Assembly (NCBI GenBank): GCA_964016885.1
Contig: OZ024763.1
Coordinates: forward strand, 3,224,001 to 3,288,000
DNA from: Eledone cirrhosa
Lineage: Eukaryota
DNA: 64,000 nucleotides
Direction: 5' to 3'
Below the pieces are notes generated by a model. That model did no database searches. It was not told where the DNA came from and worked only from the letters and a program-made list of their open reading frames with translations. This document shows, piece after piece, positions 14,932 to 26,371 of the stretch; positions within the stretch are counted from its first letter, which is position 1, and every line of letters starts with the position of its first letter. Made by a program: the position numbers and the translations under genes.

Positions 14932-16002
14932 GTCCCAAATGCAAAGTATGGGTGCATAAAAGATGTAGTGGGATCACAGGTAAGCTAACTAAGAACATAG
15001 ATTTTATATAGGGCCGGTGCTCTGGTGCAATAAGTAGCAGCAAGTGCCCACAGAATACTAGCTCATTCCATTGCACAGATGGTTCTATAGAAATAGTGGA
15101 CACCTTCCGTTACCTGGGGGAGGGTGCTCTGAAAGTACAGTAGCTAGAGTCAGAACTGGATGGAAAAAGTTCAGAGAGCTTATACCACTATTAGCCGCTA
15201 AAGGGTTCTCTCTAAAAATGAAAGGCAGGCTGTATGATGCCTGCATACGAACAGCAATGTTACATGGCAGTGAGACCTGGGCATTGTGTGCAGAGGAACG
15301 AAGCTTGCATGCTCTGCTGGTTGTGTAATAGTAATATACGTGAACGGCAAAGCATAAACGAACTAAGGGAAAAATTAGAAATAAGAGGGATCAGATGTTG
15401 TTTACTCGAGAGAAGACTACGTTGGTATGGTCACGTGATGCGCATGAAAGACGACAGCTGTATAAAAATAGACAGTAGCCATGGAGTAGGCAGACCCAGA
15501 AAAACCTGGGACGACTTGATAAATTCCGACCTCACACACTTACACCTCTCCAAGACAATGTCACTGGACCGAGATCTTTGGTGCTACACAGTAATACAGA
15601 AGACCCGCCTTAACTAAGTACAAAGTGAAACCTACTACAGTCAGTAGGCACCTCTAACAAAATACACCCCCGTTCCACTACCCCCACCCCATCCACACCA
15701 CCCCTTTCAATGTAAAGTTATGTTGGCACCACAACATCCAGACCGAAACAAATGAGGTCGTGTAGGTGTCACGACAAAAAAACATACAGTCCACGCTGTA
15801 ATGTGACCGTGTAGGTAACACGGTAAAAACCTCCCAGTCCACACTGTAAACGTGGTTGGTGTTAGGAAGGGCATCCAGCCGTAGAAAACCCGCCAGACAG
15901 TCCTATGCAAGCAAGACAACCAATCTTGCCTCAAGTGGGAAAATTCCCGTCCAAACCCATGCAAGCGTGGAAGATGACGTTAAACGATGATGATGATGAT
16001 GA
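14932..16002 (+). mobile_element. Decayed 3' fragment of a related RTE subfamily
   Basis: frameshifted GWKKFREL.PLL/MLHGSETWA/RRLRWYGHVMRM; (GAT)n tail; related pieces at about 52335-52845 (-) and 58662-59070 (+). Confidence 0.88.
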
Positions 16003-16502
16003 TATATATATATGTATGTATATATCTATGTATAAACATATATATATAAACACATATATATCTTTTTTATAATTTCACATATGTATCTATTCACTTTCCC
16101 TTATAAACTTCTAAAATTTAACAGCCTAAAACAACACAGACATTCTATACCAGGCCGTCATGGCCAGCATATTTGACCATCTTGACCAGTGAGTGGCAGC
16201 AAACGATGCTAATTTCTTGGTCACCTATCCACAGGAGTTTAACCAAGAACAATTTAGCAAGATAAAATCTACAGACTTATTTCTTCGAACAAAGTCTGTG
16301 GCGAACTAAAATGAGGCATCAGGTATCTAACAATTCAGCAGCATTTGGATGTGAGAAGAAATGTCTCAGAAACTTCGAATTCGAGAGACAAGAATGAACA
16401 TAATTGATCGTTCCTCGAGCAGATCGGCAGTGAAACATGTAATATGTCAATAAATATAGATATGATGCAATACTGATTTTTTTTTGTTCCCAAATTACTA
16501 TT

Positions 16503-16535
<33 letters not shown>

Positions 16536-16887
16536 ATATATATATATATAAATAAGGATACTTAGTACCTGTGGTAATATCGATCTCCTTTTTATATACA
16601 TAGAAATATATATATAAACTAGAAATTGATTGACATATAAATCTTTAAAATAAACACATGAAACAATCACACATAGTTATGTAGGTAACTAATTAAAGTT
16701 TAACTATAGCTTCAAATATTACCTTATTCTACAGTGGATATGGCGCATGTCTCGGACATGACTCCCTTTATTTTATTTTATTAAATTAATTTTAGATATA
16801 TATATATACATTTCTACATATCAAAGCTAGACTCTAAACATTGAATACATTCAATACTTTTGCTGTCATTATTGATGGCGCTGGTCC

Positions 16888-19800
16888 TGCAATAAGATTG
16901 CGGGTGTGCAGAATCAGATTGATTTTACAGTCGAAGGAAAATAATTCTGTAAACATACCCCTCCAACCCCTGCACTAGCACCTCTCTCTCTCACCTCACC
17001 TCACCTCTTAGTTCTCTCTCCTTGAATGAAATTGCGGGTGTGCAGAATCAGATGGATTTTACATTCAAAGGGAAATAATTCTGTAAACATACCCCTCCTA
17101 CCACAACACTATCTCCTTTCTGTCTCTCTCACCAAATAATAAATACTCTCACCTCACCTCTTCTCCGTTAGCGGAGAAAGTAAATATATAAACATACAGA
17201 ACGACACCAAGTCCAAACTTGGGCGCTCTAACAGGTAAACATTTCGAACAAAATAAATAAATTATAAAACCCGACAATAAAACATTAATGTATTCGCCAT
17301 AATTACATTCACAAATTTATAATAAAACATTGATAATGAAAAATAACGAAGTAAAGGTAAGACTAAAACCTAAACTTCGTGAAATTCCGGTAAAAGTATT
17401 CGTGTTGTCTTCGCTGACGATAGTTACATGTGTGTGTCTGTATAAATATACCTGTAAACATATGTATATATTTATGTATGTATGTATATAAATTATTGTC
17501 TTATTAACAAAAACATTTTTCTAATATCGTGTTTAATATTTCATATTGTGTCGTCTGGTTTTCTTACATTTAATCACAACATAACCCCCATTCGTTTGCT
17601 CACACGACCTCTCCTTTCTCTCTCTTTTTGCCGGCCACTTCTCTGTCTATCTTTCTTTCCCCCTTCTTCCTCTGTCGCTGTTTCCATCCTATAGTCACTT
17701 TCTCTCTTTCTCTTTCTTTTTGATGCCCCCTCTCTCTTACTCTGCACTTTCTACTTCCCTCTCTCTGTGTCATTACATGACACCCTCTTACCACTACACA
17801 AGCTTCTCTCTCTCTCACCTCACCTAACCACTTCGTTCGCTCTCCTCGAATAAATTTGCGGGTGTGCAGAATCAGATGAATTTTACATTCAAAGGGAAAT
17901 AATTCTGTAAACATACCCCTCCTACCACAACACTATCTCCTTTCTGTCTCTCTCACCAAATAATAAATACTCTCACCTCACCTCTTCTCCGTTAGCGGAG
18001 AAAGTAAATATGTAAACATACAGAACGACACCAAGTCCAAACTTGGGCGCTCTACCAGGTAAACATATTTCGAAGAAAAAAAAAAAATTAATAAAACCCG
18101 ACAATAAAACATTAATGTATTCGCCATAATTACATTCACAAATTTATAATAAAACATTGATAATGAAAAAACGAAGTAAAGGTAAGATTAAAACCTAAAC
18201 TTCGTGAAATTCCGGTAAAAGTATTCGTGTTGTCTTAGCTGACGATAGTTACATGTGTGTATAAATATACCTGTAAACATATGTATATATTTATGCATGT
18301 ATGTATATAAATTGTCTTATTTACAAAAATATTTTTCTAATATCGTGCTTAATATTTCATATAGTGTCGTCTGGTTTTCTTCCATTTAATCACAACATAA
18401 CCCCCATTCGTTTGCTCACACGACCTCTCCTTTCTCTCTCTTTTTGCCGGCCACTTCTCTGTCTCTCTTTCTTTCCCCCTTCTTTCTCTATAGTCACTTT
18501 CTCTCTTTCTCTTTCTTTTTGACGCCCCCTCTCTCTTACTCTGCACTTTCTACTTCCCTCTCTCTCTCAGGCTCCTCTGTATTTCTCTCCCTCACCCTCT
18601 CTCTGTGTCATTACATGACACCCGCTTGCCACTGCACAAGCTTCTCTCTCTCTCACCTCACCTAACCTCCTCGTTCTCTCTCCTCGAATAAAATTGCGGG
18701 TGTGCAGAATCAGATGGATTTTACATTCAAAGGGAAATAATTTTGTAAACATACCCCTCCTACCACAACACTATCTCCTTTCTGTCTCTCTCACCAAATA
18801 ATATATACTCTCACCTCACCTCTTCTCCGTTAGCGGAGAAAGTAAATATGTAAACATACAGAAAGACACCAAGTCCAAACTTGGGCGCTCTACCAGGTAA
18901 ACATATTTCTAAGAAAATAAATAAATTAATAAAACCCGACAATAAAACATTAATGTATTCGTCATAATTAGATGAAAAAACGAAGTAAAGGTAAGATTAA
19001 AACCTAAACTTCGTGAAATTCCGGTAAAAGTATTCGTGTTGTCTTAGCTGACGATAGTTACATGTGTGTGTGTCTGTATAAATATACCTGTAAATATATG
19101 TATATATTTATGTATGTATATAAATTATTGTCTTATTTACAAAAACATTTTTCTAATATCGTGTTTAATATTTCATGTTGTGTCGTCTGGTTTTCTTACA
19201 TTTAATCACGACATAACTCTTGACTCACTCCCATTCGTTTGCTTACTGACTCACACTATCTCTCTCTATCCCTCTCACAGCCTTTTCTCTCTTTGATTCC
19301 CCTTCTCTCTTACTCTGCACTATCTACTTCCCTCACCTCCTCTCTCTGTGTCATTACACCTGACACCCTCCTACCACTACACTAGCGCCTCTCCTCGAAT
19401 AAAATTGCGGGTGTGCAGAATCAGATGAATTTTACATTCAAAGGGAAATAATTTTGTAAACATACCCCTCCTACCACAACACTATCACCTTTCTGTCTCT
19501 CTCACCAAATAATATATACTCTCACCTCACCTCCGTTAGCGGAGGAAGTAAATATCTAAACATACAGACCGACACCAAGTCCAAACTTGGGCGCTCTAAC
19601 AGGTAAACATTTCGAACAAAATAAATAAATTATAAAACCCGACCATAAAATAAAACATTAATGTATTCGCCATAATTACATTCACAAATTTATAATAAAA
19701 CATTGATAATGAAAAATAACGAAGTAAAGGTAAGACTAAAACCTAAACTTCGTGAAATTCCGGTAAAAGTATTCGTGTTGTCTTCGCTGAAGATAGTTAC

Positions 19801-22800
19801 ATGTGTGTGTCTGTATAAATATACCTGTAAACATATGTATATATTTATGTATGTATGCATGTATGTATATAAATTGTCTTATTTACAAAAATATTTTTCT
19901 AATATCGTGTTTAATATTTCATATAGTGTCGTCTGGTTTTCTTCCATTTAATCACAACATAACCCCCATTCGTTTGCTCACACGACCTCTCCTTTCTCTC
20001 TCTTTTTGCCGGCCACTTCTCTGTCTCTCTTTCTCTTTATTTTTGATGCCCCCTCTCTCTTACTCTGCACTTTCTACTTTCCTCTCTCCCTGTCATTACA
20101 TGACACCCTCTTGCCACTACACAAGCTTCTCTCTCTCTCACCTCACCTAACCACTTCGTTCGCTCTCCTCGAATAAATTTGCGGGTGTGCAGAATCAGAT
20201 GAATTTTACATTCAAAGGGAAATAATTCTGTAAACATACCCCTCCTACCACAACACTATCTCCTTTCTGTCTCTCTCACCAAATAATAAATACTCTCACC
20301 TCACCTTTTCTCCGTTAGCGGAGGAAGTAAATATGTAAACATACAGAACGACACCAAGTCCAAACTTGGGCGCTCTACCAGGTAAACATATTTCGAAGAA
20401 AAAAAAAAAAATTAATAAAACCCGACAATAAAACATTAATGTATTCGCCATAATTAGATTCACAAATTTATAATAAAACATTGATAATGAAAAAACGAAG
20501 TAAAGGTAAGATTAAAACCTAAACTTCGTGAAATTCCGGTAAAAGTATTCGTGTTGTCTTAGCTGACGAGTTACATGTGTGTGTGTCTGTATAAATATAC
20601 CTGTAAACATATGTATATATTTATGTATGTATATAAATTATTGTCTTATTTACAAAAACATTTTTCTAATATTGTGTTTAATATTTCATATTGTGTCGTC
20701 TGGTTTTCTTCCATTTAATCACGACATAACTCTTGACTCACTCCCATTCGTTTGCTTACTGACTCACACTATCTCTCTCTACCCCTCTCACAGCCTTTTC
20801 TCTCTTTCTCTTTGATTCCCCTTCTCTCTTACTCTGCACTATCTACTTCCCTCACCTCCTCTCTCTGTGTCATTACATCTGACACCCTCCTACCACTACA
20901 CTAGCTCCTCTCTCTCTCACCTCACCTAACCTCTTCGTTCTCTCTCCTCGAATAAAATTGCGGGTGTGCAGAATCAGATGAATTTTACATTCAAAGGGAA
21001 ATAATTCTGTAAACATACCCCTCCTACCACAACACTATCTCCTTTCTGTCTCTCTCACCAAATAATAAATACTCTCACCTCACCTTTTCTCCGTTAGCGG
21101 AGGAAGTAAATATGTAAACATACAGAACGACACCAAGTCCAACCTTGGGCGCTCTACCAGGTAAAGATATCTCGAACAAAATAAATAAATTAATAAAACG
21201 CGACAATAAAACATTAATGTATTCGCCATAATTACATTCACAAATTTATAATAAAACATTGATAATAAAAAATAACGAAGTAAAGGTAAGGTTAAAACCT
21301 AAACTTCGTGAAATTCCGGTAAAAGTATTCGTGTTGTCTTAGCTGCGATAGTTACATGTGTGTATAAATATACCTGTAAACATATGTATATATTTATGCA
21401 TGTATGTATATAAATTGTCTTATTTACAAAAACATTTTTCTAATATTGTGTTTAATATTTCATATAGTGTCGTCTGGTTTTCTTCCATTTAATCACGACA
21501 TAACTCTCAACTCACTCTCCTTCATTTACTTACTGTCTCACACTCTCTCTCTACAGCCTTCCCACTCAACTTCCCCTTTCTCTGACTCCCTCCTACCACT
21601 ACACTAGCTCCTCTCTCTCTCACACCAACGAAACCCTCATCTAACCTCTTCGTTCTCTCTCCTCGAATAAAATTGCGGGTGTGCAGAATCAGATGAATTT
21701 TACATTCAAAGGGAAATAATTTTGTAAACATACCCCTCCTACCACAACACTATCTCCTTTCTGTCTCTCTCACCAAATAATATATACTCTCACCTCACCT
21801 TTTCTCCGTTAGCGGAGGAAGTAAATATGTAAACATACAGAACGACACCAAGTCCAAACTTGGGCGCTCTAACAGGTAAACATTTCGAACAAAATAAATA
21901 AATTATAAAACCCGACAATAAAACATTAATGTATTCGCCATAATTACATTCACAAATTTATAATAAAACATTGATAATGAAAAATAACGAAGTAAAGGTA
22001 AGGTTAAAACCTAAACTTCGTGAAATTCCGGTAAAAGTATTCGTGTTGTCTTAGCTGGCGCTAGTTACATGTGTGTGTGTCTGTATAAATATACCCATAA
22101 ACATATGTATATATTTATGTATGTATGCATGTATATATATATAAATTACTGTCTTATTTACAAAAACATTTTTCTAATATAGTGTCGTCTGGCTTTCTTC
22201 CATTTAATCACGACATAACTCTCAACTCACTCCCATTCGTTTGCTTACTGACTCACACTATCTCTCTCTACCCCTCTCACACAACTTCTTTCTCTTTGAT
22301 TCCCCTTCTCTCTTACTCTGCACTATCTACTTCTCTCATCTCCTCTCTCTGTGTCATTACATCTTACACCCTCCTACCACTACACTAGCGCCTCTCTCTC
22401 TCTCACCTCACCTAACCTCTTCGTTCTCTCTCCTCGAATAAATTTGCGGGTGTGCAGAATCAGATGGATTTTACATTCAAAGGGAAATAATTCTGTAAAC
22501 ATATCCCTCCTACCACAACACTATCTACTTTCTGTCTCTCTCACCAAATAATATATACTCTCACCTCACCTCTTCTCCGTTAGCGGGAGGCAGTAAACAT
22601 GTAAACATACAGAACGACACCAAGTCCAATCTTGGGCGCTCTACCAGGTAAACATAATTCGAAGAAAATAAATAAATTAATAAAACGCGACAATAAAACA
22701 TTAATGTATTCGCCATAATTACATTTACAAATTTATAATGAAAAATAACGAAGTAAAGGTAAGATTAAAACCTAAACTTCGTGAAATTCCGGTAAAAGTA

Positions 22801-24160
22801 TTCGTGTTGTCTTAGCTGACGATAGTTACGTGTGTGTGTGTCTGTATAAATATACCTGTAAACATATGTATATATTTATGTATGTATGCATGTATATAAA
22901 TTATTGTCTTATTTACAAAAACATTTTTCTAATATTGTGTTTAATATTTCATATTGTGTTGTCTGGCCTTCTTACATTTAATCACGACATAACTCTCAAC
23001 TCACTGTCCTTCGTTTACTTACTGTCTCACACTCTCTCTCTACCCTTCCCCTTTCTCGCTCTTTTTGCCGGGAACTTCTCTTATAGCCTTTTCTCTGACT
23101 CCCTCCTACCACTACACTAGCGCCTCTCTCTCACCTCATCTCACCTCTTCGTTCTCTCTCCTCGAATAAAATTGCGGGTGTGCAGAATCAGATGAATTTT
23201 ACATTCAAAGGGAAATAATTCTGTAAACATATCCCTCCTACCACAACACTATCTCCTTTCTGTCTCTCTCACCAAATAATATATACTCTCACCTCTTCTC
23301 CGTTAGCGGAGGCAGTAAATATGCAAACATACAGAACGTGTGTGTGTGTCTGTATAAATATACCTGTAAACTTATGTATATATTTATGCATGTATATAAA
23401 TTATTGTCTTATTTACAAAAACATTTTTCTAATATCGTGTTTAATATTTCATATTGTGTTGTCTGGCTTTCTTCCATTTAATCACGACATAACTCTCAAC
23501 TCACTCCCATTCGTTTACTTACTGTCTCACACTATCTCTCTCTACCCCTCTCACACAATCTCTCCTTTCTCTCTCTTTTTGCCGGCCACTTCTCTCACAG
23601 CCTTTTCCCTTTCTCTTACTCTGCACTATCTACTTCCCTCTCTCCCTCACCTCCTCTCTCTGTGTCATTACATCTGACACCCTCCTACCACTACACTAGC
23701 GCCTCTCTCTCACCTCACCTAACCTCTTAGTTCTCTCTCCTCGAATAAAATTGCGGGTGTGCAGAATCAGATGGATTTTACATTCAAAGGGAAATAATTC
23801 TGTAAACAAACCCCTCCTACCACAACACTATCTCCTTTCTGTCTCTCTCACCAAATAATATATACTCTCACCTCACCTCTTCTCCGTTAGCGGAGGAAGT
23901 AAATATGTAAACATACAGGACGACACCAAGTCCAACCTTGGGCGCTCTACCAGGTAAAGATATCTCGAACAGAATAAATAAATTAATAAAACCCGACAAT
24001 AAAACATTAATGTATTCGCCATAATTACATTCACAAATTTATAATAAAACATTGATAATGAAAAATAACGAAGTAAAGGTAAGGTTAAAACCTAAACTTC
24101 GTGAAATTCCGGTAAAAGTATTCGTGTTGTCTTAGCAGACGATTGTTACATGTGTGTGCG
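16888..24160 (+). repeat. Tandem array, ten ~0.6-0.84-kb units plus partial units (left arm of a fold-back)
   Basis: landmark ccgttagcgg cassette starts at 17172, 17996, 18834, 19540, 20319, 21098, 21813, 22584, 23307, 23891. Confidence 0.95.
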
Positions 24161-24529
24161 TATGTATATATATATATATATAAATACACGTATTCACATA
24201 TATAAATATATATATAGTATATATATATATATATATATACACATTTACAAATAGATATATATGTATATACATAAATATATACATATTTACAAATAGATAT
24301 ATATGTATATATATATATATATAAAGATAAATATATGCATATATATATAAATATATACATATTTATATATATAAATATATATATATATATATAAATATAT
24401 ATAAAGATAAATATATGCATATAATATATATATATACATATTTATATATATAAATATGTATATATTTATATATATATGCATATATTTATCTTTATATATA
24501 TACATATATATATCTATTTGTAAATATGT

Positions 24530-24562
<33 letters not shown>

Positions 24563-24678
24563 AATTGGCAACATGACCCTCCCAAAGTATAACAATATAT
24601 AAATATATAAATATGTATATATATATTTATATATATATATATATGTATATATATACATATTTATATATATATATATAT

Positions 24679-26256
24679 TGTCCCGGGTATGACATTAAAC
24701 TACATCCAGTGGCAGGGCTCCAGTTCGGTAGTTCAGGAGCTGTGGGGAATGTGGCTGGGAAGATGAGCCAGCTCATCACCACATCGGCAGTGAGGAACAT
24801 AACCAATGCTGCAGTGGGAGGAATGGGTTTTGTTTTCAGCACAAAAACCAGTCTATTGGTGAGGGAAATAATGCCTGTCTCCCCGCGAGTGTTGAGGGTG
24901 ACCTTCAATGGAAACCCAAGACTGACAGTCATCTCAGCCTATAGTCCAACCGAGGGAGACAGTGATGTGAGTGCGGAAGAGTTCCATGAGGAGGTGTGTA
25001 GAGCTATCAACACCACACAAGCACACAACATCCTGCTTGTTTTAGGGGACTTCAATGCACATCTGAGTAAGGAGGGCAGTGAAGATCCTTGCTGGTACTT
25101 CCATAACAACAACCGAAATGGAAGACTACTGAGAGACACCCTGCTGGAGGCGAACTTGATAGCGACCAACCTAAGGTTTAGCAAGAATCCGGGGAAGATG
25201 TGGACCTACATTCCAGATATGCACCTGTCCAAGTCCCAGATTGATTTCATTCTGGTGAGGAAAAAGTGGCGGAATAGTGTCCTGAACACAGAACCATACA
25301 ACTATTTCAGTACACTGGGTAGTGACCACCGGCTTGTTATGAGTGAGGTCCGGGTGAGCTTAAGAAAGAGCAAGGCTCAGACCCGGAGAGCAATCTATGA
25401 CTGGGGAGCTTTCAAGGAAGATGATAAGCTACAGGAGAGGTTCACAGTGGATGTGAGGAACAGGTTCAGTGCTCTGTGTGGAGGGACTGAGGAGAGTGTG
25501 ACGAGGAGGTACGGGCACTTCACCAATGCAGTGGCAGGAGCAAGTGAGACCTTGGTGCCGAGGAGAAAGAACAAAAGGAAGCACGTCATATAGTGAAGGA
25601 GGCAGAGGATTTGATGCAGGAGGTTGAGAATGAATGAGATGAAAACAAACTATCTGGTAGAGAATGTTGAGAAGCCAGAGAGGATCACTAATGTAGGCAG
25701 GAAGCCGCTAGAATTGGTTGAGGACTTCCTGTATTTGGGAGCAAAGATTGGGAATATGGAAGATGATGTGGTTGAGAGGAAGAGCAAAACCTGATCGGCG
25801 TGGAAATCGGACCTTCGTAAAGACCTGAAAATCCGCCTCTTCATTGCTGTAGTGGAGTCTGTGCTGCTGTACGGGTCTGAGACTTGGACACTGACCAAGA
25901 AACTCACTCAGATGGTGGATGGGTGCTACACAAGAATGCTGAGGATGGCTCTGAACATTAATCAGTATACACTGAGGATGGAAAACTCAGAGCTGTATGG
26001 GAGCCTCCCAAAAGTGACACAGAGGAGACTGAGGTTAGCTGGACATGCTCACCGACATCCAGAGTTGACACTGCACTCAGTGCTCCTGTGGGAGCTCCTA
26101 CATGGACACACTGGAAGAGGAAGACCAAGGTTAACGTATGTTAATGCCCTAAGGACAGACACTGGTCTGTTGGAGATGCAGGACATGGCAGCGATGAGGG
26201 ACAGAGACCGCTGGAGAGAACTCGTCGATGGATCTCGGGAATTTTACCCGCCCTAG
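24679..26256 (+). mobile_element. Internally deleted RTE-like LINE (APE part joined to post-RT C-terminus)
   Basis: VISAYSPT, LGDFNAH, SDH endonuclease motifs, then F.YLG and LLYGSETW; RT core missing. Confidence 0.88.
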
Positions 26257-26371
26257 AAAATATATATATATATTTGTATATACATATATTTATATTTAGG
26301 AATATGTATATTTATATATATATACATATATATCTATTTATATATGTAAATCTGTATATACTTATATATAT

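Noticed and set aside
16130-16470. Unique segment with short ORFs next to the array
   Set aside because: No recognisable motif or consistent exon structure on either strand; cannot be supported
17200-17300. Array unit as a spliced-leader RNA or snRNA gene (hairpin plus AG|GTAAAC)
   Set aside because: No Sm-binding site or recognisable U-snRNA, 5S or tRNA sequence downstream of the donor
17375-17430. GAAA...CTGACGA in the array unit as a type II hammerhead
   Set aside because: Stems I and II cannot be formed in the required geometry and the CTGACGA is mutated in several units
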